A DNA stretch of 64,000 nt. Origin: a virus. Taxonomy: Duplodnaviria > Caudoviricetes. The DNA is taken from positions 43,603 to 107,602 of the IMG/VR virus record IMGVR_UViG_3300031867_000021, one strand, 5' to 3'. The position numbers and the translations under genes were made by a program. Numbering within the stretch: the stretch's first letter is position 1; every line of letters starts with the position of its first letter. Shown here one piece after another: positions 28,933-37,572 of this stretch. The notes beneath the pieces were generated by a model. The model did not search any database. It was not told the origin of the DNA and saw only the letters and a list, made by a program, of their open reading frames with translations.

Positions 28933-29772
28933 TTACGAAATCTTCCCGAACTTCTTTTTAATCTGGTTCTTCGTCCAGTAACCTACTTTTCCGTGATAAT
29001 GCAGCCTGACCGAATCCGGCAGGTTCCTGATATCAACAACCGGCTCCTGATAGCACCGGCAGTTGAAGGTATTTCCCGCGTGATACCGTCCATAAGAACT
29101 CTGACCCGCACCCGGAAACAGAGCTTCAGGGTTTGGCGGATCATCATAGAACACGAGAATTCCATCCATTGAGCCGTGGGAATGTCTCGTGCGCTCATCA
29201 TGGCAGGAATGCCAGATATAAGCCTTGATTCCAAGGTTCTCGGCTCTGGCCTGCGTGAGTGCCGCATTTGCTTTGCCGCACTCTGTCCGCGCGATGCACT
29301 TCAGATTTCTGGCAATCTTCTCCGGCATGATCTTCCGAAGCTCTTCCTCAATCTCTTCCGGCCGCCGGCCCTTCTGCGTCTCCCGCTCGGTGTAGGCGGT
29401 TATATAAGCGGCCCATTCCATCGGGACTGTCTTGATGTACTTTGAGTTTTCGGCAATCAGCTCTTCAACCCGCCTGCCGACAGGCCCTTTCATCTCTTCC
29501 ATCAGGGCTTTGTACATCTCCCGGCCGTAGGTGTTGCGGAGAACGGCTTCCCGCCAGGAATGAACAGACTCATCTCTCTCCCGCTTGACCATGTTTCCGA
29601 CAACCTCATCCACCCGCTGCCCAAGGGTCAGCCGATGAACCCACTCTTTCATCTTCTGGGTAACGTTGCCTGAATTGATGGCCCCGGATCTTGTCTGCTG
29701 CGAGATCCCGGAAAAGATTTTGCACAGGTTCTTCCAGAATGATCGTTCCGTCGAACGTTTCACGGCAATCAT
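28933..29772 (-). CDS. MuF/SPP1 gp7-like minor head protein without toxin extension
   Basis: IARTE, YIWHSCHDERTRHSH, HAGNTFNCRCY. Confidence 0.9.
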   Translation of the reverse strand: MIAVKRSTERSFWKNLCKIFSGISQQTRSGAINSGNVTQKMKEWVHRLTLGQRVDEVVGNMVKRERDESVHSWREAVLRNTYGREMYKALMEEMKGPVGRRVEELIAENSKYIKTVPMEWAAYITAYTERETQKGRRPEEIEEELRKIMPEKIARNLKCIARTECGKANAALTQARAENLGIKAYIWHSCHDERTRHSHGSMDGILVFYDDPPNPEALFPGAGQSSYGRYHAGNTFNCRCYQEPVVDIRNLPDSVRLHYHGKVGYWTKNQIKKKFGKIS

Positions 29773-30067
29773 CTTTCATCACCTGCCATCTGAAGGTAAA
29801 ATTAAGCGGCTGGCGGCATCGACGGAATGCCGCCATTTAAGCGAATCTATATTCAGGAGGGAAATCCGGAATGAAGAAAAGGAGATTACTTCATGAAAAA
29901 GAAGAGTGAGGGGATTCCGTCTATCGCACCGCTTTGAGATCCGGACAGGCGAACCGGACTCGCGGACGTCCGGCCACCACCCCTTTCGTCCGCTTCCCCC
30001 GCTAACGCATCAGAACCCTCCAGCTGGAGGCCCTTCTGGAGGAAACGGATTGGGGCTGTTTTAAGGT

Positions 30068-30100
30068 ATAAGAAAAGCCCGGCGGCAATCCGTCAGGCTT
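30068..30100 (-). terminator. Cassette-boundary terminator copy 3
   Basis: ataagaaaagcccggcgg-caat-ccgtcaggctt. Confidence 0.6.
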
Positions 30101-30126
30101 CTCCCTGGAACTCTATTTATACTTTT

Positions 30127-30358
30127 TAAGCGGGTGAGGATTTGCACCTCACATGATCCATTCGTTATTGCTCTATAGTGCCAACTTAAGGTTTGTTTTG
30201 CTCTTCAGCTTGCCGCCCTTGCCTCTTTTAGTTTATAAAACTATACCAGTCTCATTGGTTCTGGAAGGTCTTATCAGTTGGATCACATCACGCAACTCCA
30301 TGCAGGGAGCGACCCTTGAATGTCTTTACACTACGTCTACCTGTTCCGCCACCGCTCA
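30127..30358 (-). ncRNA. tRNA-like RNA (acceptor, D and T arms) with a large insert in place of anticodon/variable arms
   Basis: 5' TGAGCGG TG GCGGAACAGGTAGACG ... GTGAGG TGCAAAT CCTCAC CCGCTTA 3'. Confidence 0.6.
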
Positions 30359-30375
30359 ATAAAGTATTATTGAAT

Positions 30376-30607
30376 TTAAAGAAGCATGTCCACCGATGAA
30401 CATGCTTTTTCGACCGGGTCAAATAATTCTCCCCGGCTCTGGCATAGCTTTTCAACCCTGCACAGGTCTTCGTAGCCGCTTCGGCCTATTGCAAGATCGA
30501 ACTCCCTGCGGAGTTCTTCCAAACTCATATTGCGCCCGCAGCCGAATTCATCCTGATACTTATGAACCACTTCATCCCTGAACTCTGCGTATGATTTCGT
30601 GGCTCAT
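30376..30607 (-). pseudogene. Possible frameshifted paralog of the upstream candidate immunity gene
   Basis: RBS-linked ATG at 30607 is one base out of frame with the ORF ATKSYAEFRDEVVHKY...KACSSVDMLL. Confidence 0.35.
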
Positions 30608-30632
30608 CACCCCCCCCATGACCGGCAGCCGC

Positions 30633-30878
30633 TTATTCGAAACACATCTCAAGGCAATAAGAAGTGCTGGCCACGCAGGCTTTATAGAAGGCTTCGTCGC
30701 TCAGATCATCATCTTTTCCCTTGCCTTCTTCGTAGCCTTTATATCGCCCATCGATCGTTTCCATCTCTGAGTTGATATAAGCTTCAAAATCCTCTTCGGA
30801 CAGGTCATAACAGGCAAGCGCTTTTTTCAGATCGGCCTTTACATCATTGACGAACTGGTCTCGACTGATTTTTCCCAC
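30633..30878 (-). CDS. Candidate immunity protein for the portal-fused domain
   Basis: 81 aa, acidic, 3 bp after the portal stop, GGAGG RBS. Confidence 0.55.
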   Translation of the reverse strand: MGKISRDQFVNDVKADLKKALACYDLSEEDFEAYINSEMETIDGRYKGYEEGKGKDDDLSDEAFYKACVASTSYCLEMCFE

Positions 30879-30881
30879 CGC

Positions 30882-33800
30882 TTACACCTCCATGCTGTCG
30901 TCCCGAATCTTTTTCGCCTTGGAATAATCTTCCTCAGGTTTGTGAGAAGCCACATATTCATCACAGTTCTTTCCGTGCGCTTTCCATATTTCTTCCCTGC
31001 TGCGCCCGGTATACTTGAAGAATACAACCGGCTCTTTCTGGTCTCTGGTTCTGTCCCAATCCGGCGGCCTTATCCCTTCGATATCAGCAAACTCGCAATA
31101 GCTTGTCGGCTCGAATCCGTTCTTTGTGTAAAACTCGTACAAACCGCCAAACGCATCAAGTTTATTTCCGCCCTTCATTCTTGCGAACTCAAGGAGCTGA
31201 CTTCCTGTGACTCCACGATCTCCGGGATGTTTGCACACGCTCACGATATCGCCATCGTGAACCGCAACAGCAGAACCGCCCTTTGTCGTGAAGCACTGCA
31301 TTTTCGCATAATCCTCCACGGAATAGGTTCCATCCACACGCCAGGATTTATCTGGCTGCACGTCCTGCACCGCTTTCTTTGCCGCATGGAAAGTATCGTA
31401 AAACTTCTGCGGCTCAGTTTGCTGGAAATTATCCGGGTTCAGCGGGGCTTTCGTTCGTCCGCTCCCGGTTCCACTTCCATTATACGCCGAATTATTCTGA
31501 TTTACAATACTTTCGGACGTATTTTCTCCACCCGCATTATACTGCGTTTCCGGCTCTCTGGCAACGGGCGCCATCGGAACGTTTTCGCCCCAGAACATGG
31601 ACTGCTGTCCAGGAACCTCCACCCGTTTCTCGACTCCCGCATACTTTTCAAGCAGATCGTCCGAGAAGTTCGTTTCAATCTCCGCGCCCAGGAGCTTTGC
31701 CTGGAGCTGAATTCTGGCGATTACCGCTTCCGGGTGATCGCTTTCCCATTTTTCTTCCTGAGCGAACGGGACATCACTGTACTCTTCAGTGATGTTTGCC
31801 AGAATGTCCTGTTCTCTCGGAGTCAGACGCTCTGCCCACTGGGCAGGTACTGACTTAAGCCCGAACTCATTCGTAGCTCGAATTTCACCATTTCTGGCCT
31901 GATTCCATTCATCGGAATACTGAACTGAATTGGCCAGATTGTTGAGCGCATTATCCGCTTCGTCCAGATCAACAGCAGGATTCTCAAGAACCTTTTTGGC
32001 ATTTTTTCGGGCATTTTCATAATCCCGAAGCTCCGTCTTTATGGTTGCTGCCTTTTTCTCGCTTCCATCTGAATACTTGCTGAAACTTACGGGAATATCC
32101 GGCATCTTTGCCTTGGGAGGCGTGACCTTCGGCGGAGCGGCGACCTTTGTCCCCTTCGCTCTGGCCTTGGATCCGCTGCCGGATCCCCACTGCTCACCAA
32201 GCTTCTTACCATTGAACTTGCCGCCGAAACCAGCTTTGATTTCGCCGGTTGAAGTTTCCAGCTTGAAGTGCCGGCCTTCCTCGCTCGTCCTCCACGCTTC
32301 AGCATCAATGCTGAACAGATTCTGAACAAACTTGGCCGTCTGCTCCCGGCTGTGGTCGGCAGCGTACTGCTTAATCAGCCTGACCCTCTGGTCCGAAAAA
32401 CCGGAATAATCCGGCTTATCCCGACCGATGAGAGACTTGACCTTTTTGCGCACCCAATCAATGACCCCACTGTTGGGCTCTTTGCCCTCTCTGGCCTCTT
32501 CGGGCTTTCGGGCGGGAGTTTGGTCATTCTCCTGCTCTGCCTGCTCTTTGGGCTCATTCTGGGCTTCCGCAGGCACGCTCTTCTGCGTGGCCTTCGGCTC
32601 CTCTTCCGGCTTCTCCGCTGGCTCGGCTTCAGGTTTTGAGACTGGCTTCTGTTCCGGCTTCATTTCCGGTTTTTCCGGCCTTTCCTCCGGCTTTACTTCC
32701 GGCTTTTCCTCCGTGGCTTCAGGCTTCTCTTCCTCTGGCCCTTCTTCAGGCGGCATCATACCGCCCATGGCGGCCATCGGATCCATTCCTCCGCCGGGAC
32801 CACCATCTGGCCCCTCAGGTCCTTCAGGACCGCCCGGCCCCATGCCGCCCATCATGCCGCCCATGGGGTCGCCCATGCCTTCGCCTTGATCAACCTCGGT
32901 TTCGGCGCTTTCAACAATTTCATCCGTAATGGATCCCCATGCGCCGACATCCTTGCCGCTCTTCTGCAGTTCTATCAGAGCGGTCTGCTGCGAGATCAAC
33001 CCGGCAGAGAACGCATTAATCACGGTTCCGGTCACCTGCGAGATAATATTCGCCCTTTCGGAAGGCGTAGTCACCTGCAGAGGCTCGAACACGACATGCA
33101 TGCCATCCGGGATCTTCCCCCAAAGACTCATGCACATGACCGGCAGCAGCTTCTCAATCGCCGGGCGCAGGTTGCGCTCCTGCAGCTGAGCCAGCATTTC
33201 ATAATAGTTCTTCATGTCCGATTCTCCGGTGGCATTCATGCCCTGCGGAGAACGTCCATACAGCTTGGTCGCCGGAATTTCGGCGGCACCTGCCATATCC
33301 ATCATGAAGGACTCATAGATTTCAGACAGACCGGAGAAGGAATAGGGATGCTGTTCGTACCCGTCCTGCGATCCCATGATCATCATGCCGAAAGAATTCC
33401 GGTAACGGTTTTCTTCCTCAATGCTCTCAATGATCGCCTGCTTCTGCTTCTCCGTGCCCATGCCCATGATTTCACCAAAATCGGCCATTTTAAGCACGCC
33501 GACATTGGCCTGAAACACGAGCTGAGCAATATTCGCGCTGGTCGCATTTCTCTTCTGAAGCTCTTCATAAACGTGCTCCAGCTCAGATGCTCCCCAGTAG
33601 CTTTCCGAAACCTCTTCCATGATCGGAAGCATCCGTCCCCGGAACATCAGGAGCCGGGAATGATGAATCCGCATGGTCTGGTTTGTCTCGTTATTCAGCC
33701 GGACTGTGTAATATTTCGGATATCCGAACTCGATATCGTCCATATCCTCTTCCAGCTCAACAGAAGGATCCAGTCCGCTCGTCCGATCTACGACAATCAG

Positions 33801-34292
33801 GCCCCGGAAGCAACCCGGCACCAGATCGTCATAATCCAGCGGTTCATCCAGCATATCCTCCTGCCCCTTGATCACGATCACGGCAGCAGCACCGCCATAA
33901 AGCCTCGCCCAGCGCAGCGCATTGGTGATTTCCTGCTTCACGCTGTGCTTGGATTCCAGCTCAGCCAGCTCATCCAGCTTATCCTGATCAAGATTGGAGG
34001 AAATCGTATACCAGGAGCGGGTCATATCTTCACAGGGGGTGTCAATAATCCGCTTCGCGATCCAGTTTTCACGGTAAGCCACGGTCAGCGTCTCGTAATC
34101 CCGGCTGATATAATTCCGCTCGAAATCGTTCGCCTGACTTAGTAATGAAGCTTCACCGAGATAGGCCAACCTGTTAATGAACCCGTCATTGGCAGACAGG
34201 ATTTTCAGAGGCAACGCGCCACGCTTGGTCGCATCCGCGCCCTGATTCTGAATCTGTCTCGCACGAATGTTGCGTCTTTTTTTGCTCGACAT
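30882..34292 (-). CDS. Portal protein (DUF1073-like) fused to low-complexity linker, shared tag and GNAT-like domain (effector 1)
   Basis: WIAKRIIDTP, WARLYGG, IHHSRL, AGAAEIPATKLYGRSPQGMNATGESD; internal WRTSEEGRHFKLETSTGEIKAGFGGKFNG; C-terminal GDIVSVC..GSQLL..GGNKLDAF..LYEFYTKNGF. Confidence 0.88.
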   Translation of the reverse strand: MSSKKRRNIRARQIQNQGADATKRGALPLKILSANDGFINRLAYLGEASLLSQANDFERNYISRDYETLTVAYRENWIAKRIIDTPCEDMTRSWYTISSNLDQDKLDELAELESKHSVKQEITNALRWARLYGGAAAVIVIKGQEDMLDEPLDYDDLVPGCFRGLIVVDRTSGLDPSVELEEDMDDIEFGYPKYYTVRLNNETNQTMRIHHSRLLMFRGRMLPIMEEVSESYWGASELEHVYEELQKRNATSANIAQLVFQANVGVLKMADFGEIMGMGTEKQKQAIIESIEEENRYRNSFGMMIMGSQDGYEQHPYSFSGLSEIYESFMMDMAGAAEIPATKLYGRSPQGMNATGESDMKNYYEMLAQLQERNLRPAIEKLLPVMCMSLWGKIPDGMHVVFEPLQVTTPSERANIISQVTGTVINAFSAGLISQQTALIELQKSGKDVGAWGSITDEIVESAETEVDQGEGMGDPMGGMMGGMGPGGPEGPEGPDGGPGGGMDPMAAMGGMMPPEEGPEEEKPEATEEKPEVKPEERPEKPEMKPEQKPVSKPEAEPAEKPEEEPKATQKSVPAEAQNEPKEQAEQENDQTPARKPEEAREGKEPNSGVIDWVRKKVKSLIGRDKPDYSGFSDQRVRLIKQYAADHSREQTAKFVQNLFSIDAEAWRTSEEGRHFKLETSTGEIKAGFGGKFNGKKLGEQWGSGSGSKARAKGTKVAAPPKVTPPKAKMPDIPVSFSKYSDGSEKKAATIKTELRDYENARKNAKKVLENPAVDLDEADNALNNLANSVQYSDEWNQARNGEIRATNEFGLKSVPAQWAERLTPREQDILANITEEYSDVPFAQEEKWESDHPEAVIARIQLQAKLLGAEIETNFSDDLLEKYAGVEKRVEVPGQQSMFWGENVPMAPVAREPETQYNAGGENTSESIVNQNNSAYNGSGTGSGRTKAPLNPDNFQQTEPQKFYDTFHAAKKAVQDVQPDKSWRVDGTYSVEDYAKMQCFTTKGGSAVAVHDGDIVSVCKHPGDRGVTGSQLLEFARMKGGNKLDAFGGLYEFYTKNGFEPTSYCEFADIEGIRPPDWDRTRDQKEPVVFFKYTGRSREEIWKAHGKNCDEYVASHKPEEDYSKAKKIRDDSMEV
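31479..31564 (-). promoter_or_regulatory. Two tandem internal promoters in the portal extension
   Basis: TTGCCA-17-TATAAT (31564-31536) and TTGTAA-17-TATAAT (31507-31479). Confidence 0.55.
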
Positions 34293-34310
34293 CGCGCATC
34301 ACCTCCGTTT

Positions 34311-35558
34311 TTACTTGAAATATCCTGCCTTATCCACCAACCGGGCACAACAGGCCGCCGAGTCCGGCGCGTCATCATGCTCCGCATCCTCGGTATAATC
34401 CAGAATCTGCGCCAGATATTCCGGGTCGGTTCCATCCAGCCATTTGATATTCGGCCACCATTTCCGCAGGTAGCTCGAAATCTTCACGTACTTATTGTCG
34501 GACTCATGATATCCATGGGGATATCTCTCTCTCCGGCGAATTTCCTTTCTCAGGAAACCCTTATCGGAGTTATCCTCCACGTGAATCGGGTAACATCTGA
34601 GCCGGTCGCATTCCGCAATGATCGCATCCAGCACGGTGTCCACATGCTTCTGCCAGAGCCGGCCATACATATAAACCGTATCGCCAACTCTTCTGGCACA
34701 GGTCAGCGCTGTGTAGTCCTCGCCGCCGTAGGCCGCATCCACATGGGCAAAGCCATCGAACAGATTCTGCTCATCCTTGAAGAACTCCGGTGACTGAGTG
34801 AACAGAGCGTTCTCGGAAGCGATATGCCGCAGCTCGTAGTTCGCCGCAAACAGAGAAGGGGTCATGTCCCGGCGGAGCTGAGCGATTTTCTCTTCCGTCA
34901 GCATCCCCGTCCGGCGATAATCCCAAATCTCCGGCTTCGGCATGATCGTGAAGGCATCTTCCTTATGCCAGGGCGTTCCGGTATTGATAATCCGGCCGCC
35001 AGGATTCCGCACATTCTGCAGTTCCTGATAAACGGCTTTCGTATGTTCCCGTTCGGCCTTGGAGACTCGGTCTTTCAGGTTGACAATATCGTCCGTGATG
35101 ACGATATCCGCATGCTTACCGGTCAGAGAACCGGAAATACCCATGCCGAGGAGCTGCGAAGCCCCTCTCGGCGCAGAATAGCAGGAAGTCGTGATTTCGT
35201 TCGCGGTCGCCCGCAGGACTACCAGCGGAAATCCGGTCAGAGCCATGTAAATCTGCTGAAAGATATCTGAATTCAGGATCCGGTTCACGTTCTTGATGAC
35301 TTCCGTCACGTCCGTGTCCGTCTTCCTCAAGAAGATGACGTTCCTGTCCCGGTTCCGAATGATAATCAGCGAAATCGCAATGCACAGGCAGGTCGTTTTA
35401 TATGAACCACGGTGCGCCTGCAGCGTGAAATCTTCCTCCCCGGCAACCATATGCCGAATCCATCGGTCATGCATCTCATTCAGGTTGGAATAACCGAGCG
35501 CCTTGCCAAGGGCCATCGGGTGAGCGATAAACCACGCCGCTTTTTCCCTCTGCGTCAC
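34311..35558 (-). CDS. terL: Terminase large subunit
   Basis: HRGSYKT Walker A, IVITDD Walker B, GTPWH, HVDAAYGGEDYTA, HDDAPDS. Confidence 0.92.
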   Translation of the reverse strand: MTQREKAAWFIAHPMALGKALGYSNLNEMHDRWIRHMVAGEEDFTLQAHRGSYKTTCLCIAISLIIIRNRDRNVIFLRKTDTDVTEVIKNVNRILNSDIFQQIYMALTGFPLVVLRATANEITTSCYSAPRGASQLLGMGISGSLTGKHADIVITDDIVNLKDRVSKAEREHTKAVYQELQNVRNPGGRIINTGTPWHKEDAFTIMPKPEIWDYRRTGMLTEEKIAQLRRDMTPSLFAANYELRHIASENALFTQSPEFFKDEQNLFDGFAHVDAAYGGEDYTALTCARRVGDTVYMYGRLWQKHVDTVLDAIIAECDRLRCYPIHVEDNSDKGFLRKEIRRRERYPHGYHESDNKYVKISSYLRKWWPNIKWLDGTDPEYLAQILDYTEDAEHDDAPDSAACCARLVDKAGYFK

Positions 35559-36070
35559 TTGGCATCGCTCCCGTCTTGGCTGCTGAGCTGTGCAAAGGCA
35601 TCATCCAGGGCAGAATAACCGCTGATGCCCTGCTTCAGGCTCTCTTTTTCGACCTCCAGCTTCTGCTGTTCGATGAGCATCTTCGGATCCTGTCCAAGAA
35701 CCTCAAGAACCTTTTCAGCCGCCCGGGTATCCCCTTTCTGCGCCTTCTGCGACAGAGCAACAGCGGTCACTACGGCATTGGTGATGTTGTCCGTCTCCGG
35801 GTTCATTCCGTAATGAATCAACTGGTCTCTGACGGCGTTGGACAGTTGGGGCTTGCTTCCCCAAACCATTTCCAGAATGCTTCGGAAGCTTCTTTCTTCC
35901 CTGCGAACCTGCTGTGACCTTTTGCCACCCTTGGATTGAGCTTTTCTCGCCTCCGGGTCGCCACTCTTGAACTGAGTCTTGACGCCCTTCTTCAGGTTTT
36001 CATTGCTCTTCTTCCGGCTCGCTGCCACCACTTCCGGGGGCTTCTTCTTAGTCGCGCCCACGATGATCAC
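35555..36070 (-). CDS. terS: Terminase small subunit
   Basis: NENLK...KGGKRS...KAQKGDTRAAE; overlaps terL start. Confidence 0.75.
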   Translation of the reverse strand: MIIVGATKKKPPEVVAASRKKSNENLKKGVKTQFKSGDPEARKAQSKGGKRSQQVRREERSFRSILEMVWGSKPQLSNAVRDQLIHYGMNPETDNITNAVVTAVALSQKAQKGDTRAAEKVLEVLGQDPKMLIEQQKLEVEKESLKQGISGYSALDDAFAQLSSQDGSDAK

Positions 36071-37100
36071 CCGGCCTTAACCACTGCCGCTCAACCTCAT
36101 GAGCAACCCTCGCCATCATGAGGGGCGGAACGCTCATTCCGCAGACATACTGAACAGGTTGGTCGATGAAGTCATAATCCTGCGGGAAAGTCTGCACATT
36201 CACAAAATCCTGAGCGCTCAGCCCTTCGCCATCAGCCATCCGGTAATAGCTTCCTCCGCTGGCAATGGTTCCACATACCTGCTCATCATGCCAGATGTAA
36301 TTGGTGAAGCCCTTATTCTTTCCGAACAGCCGTTCGTTGATATCGGACAGCCTGTAGTCCGTTGGCTTTCTCGCATCCAGGAGCGCCTTGATGCGAGATC
36401 CTTCCTTCAGCGGGATCCCATGTTCTGAGCGAACCTCCCTGAACTTAATGGGGCGCTCGTTGAAGGAAAGCTTAATCCTCGGATAATCCAGATCATCCCT
36501 GTGCGCCACAAAGAACACTCTCTCCCGCCTCTGGGGAACTCCCATGGTCGCGCCATTCAGCAGGAACATCTGCGGCTCGTACCCGGCCGCCCGAAACGCC
36601 TTGAAGATTTCGTTGACATAACCCCGGGCATTCCCGGTGGTCAGCCCCTTCACATTCTCGGCGATGACAACCTTCGGCTTCAGCTTCTGAGCGATCTTAA
36701 TGAACCAGAAGAACAGATCGTCAAGCCGCTGCATCTTCTGGCCTTCGCGGAACTGCTTCTCTGTGTTCCAGCCTTTCTCGCGCTCTCCAGCAGAGCTGAA
36801 CACAGAGCAAGGCGGACTTCCATCCAGGATATCCAGATTGAACAGTTCGGGCGGGAGCTTGTCGTCTTCAATCGCTCCGAAATCCCGAACGTCCATGTTG
36901 TAGTTGAACTTCGGATGATGATTTGCGACATAGATTTTGTTCATGGCATGGTCTATCTCGCAATTTCCAATCACCGTGTATCCCGCGAGCTTATATCCCA
37001 TGGAACTACCGCCGCCGCAGGAGAAACACGAAAAAACGTTGAGGCCGTTTTTCTCTACGTCAGGCAGATCCTTGAGATACCATTTCCAGTTAAGCTTCAC
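36048..37100 (-). CDS. DNA (cytosine-5) methyltransferase
   Basis: FSCGGG, GSPPC, ENVKG, QRRERVF, QTFPQDY, GMSVPP; probable GTG start at 37100. Confidence 0.92.
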   Translation of the reverse strand: MKLNWKWYLKDLPDVEKNGLNVFSCFSCGGGSSMGYKLAGYTVIGNCEIDHAMNKIYVANHHPKFNYNMDVRDFGAIEDDKLPPELFNLDILDGSPPCSVFSSAGEREKGWNTEKQFREGQKMQRLDDLFFWFIKIAQKLKPKVVIAENVKGLTTGNARGYVNEIFKAFRAAGYEPQMFLLNGATMGVPQRRERVFFVAHRDDLDYPRIKLSFNERPIKFREVRSEHGIPLKEGSRIKALLDARKPTDYRLSDINERLFGKNKGFTNYIWHDEQVCGTIASGGSYYRMADGEGLSAQDFVNVQTFPQDYDFIDQPVQYVCGMSVPPLMMARVAHEVERQWLRPGDHRGRD

Positions 37101-37572
37101 TGAAATGGAACCCGCATTCCGGACACTCATATTCGAAGGCCTCATCTCCGAAATCGTCCTCGTTGAATTCCATGCTGGTATCAATGCGCTCGTTACGCTC
37201 GGCTTTCTCGTTCTCGAAACCGAACTGCAGCATATCGATATCATCACCGATAAAGTCCATGGCTTCGGTCAGCAGCGGCTCATCCCAGACAGCCATCTCA
37301 GCCACCCGGTTATCAACGAGCCGGAACGCCCTGATTTCGTCCTCCGTGAGATCGTCCGCTGTGACCGTCGGCACTTCCTTGAGTCCCAGCTTCCGGGCCG
37401 CCAGAGCTCTGGTGTGACCCGCCACAATGACGTTGTCCTTATCCAGGATGATCGGATTCAGGAAGCCGAACATCTGAATACTGGCAGCCACCTTATCCAC
37501 AGCCTTCTCCACGTCTCTCGGATTGCGGATATATGGCGTGATTTCATCCAGCGATCTGTAAACGATATTCAT
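37090..37572 (-). CDS. ParB N-terminal domain protein with C-terminal CPECG
   Basis: PYIRNPR, FGFLNPI, AGHTR, LVDNR. Confidence 0.85.
   Translation of the reverse strand: MNIVYRSLDEITPYIRNPRDVEKAVDKVAASIQMFGFLNPIILDKDNVIVAGHTRALAARKLGLKEVPTVTADDLTEDEIRAFRLVDNRVAEMAVWDEPLLTEAMDFIGDDIDMLQFGFENEKAERNERIDTSMEFNEDDFGDEAFEYECPECGFHFSEA

Noticed and set aside
29970-30050. Hammerhead ribozyme (CTGATG...GAAA on minus strand)
   Set aside because: The core reads CUGAUGC rather than CUGANGA, and stem I cannot be formed.
30127-30358. Canonical tmRNA or group I intron-containing tRNA
   Set aside because: Too short, lacks the GGGG 5' end, G3:U70 and CCA, retains a D stem, and shows no recognisable group I core or reconstructable anticodon arm.
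32886-34142. Long plus-strand ORFs (also 44881..46209, 36937..38121, 16352..17266)
   Set aside because: Antisense shadows of well-supported minus-strand genes, with no RBS or recognisable motifs.
30882-34292. Anti-CBASS Acb1 annotation often given to DUF1073 portals
   Set aside because: No paired HxT 2H-phosphoesterase motifs seen in the extension; the C-terminal domain looks GNAT-like.
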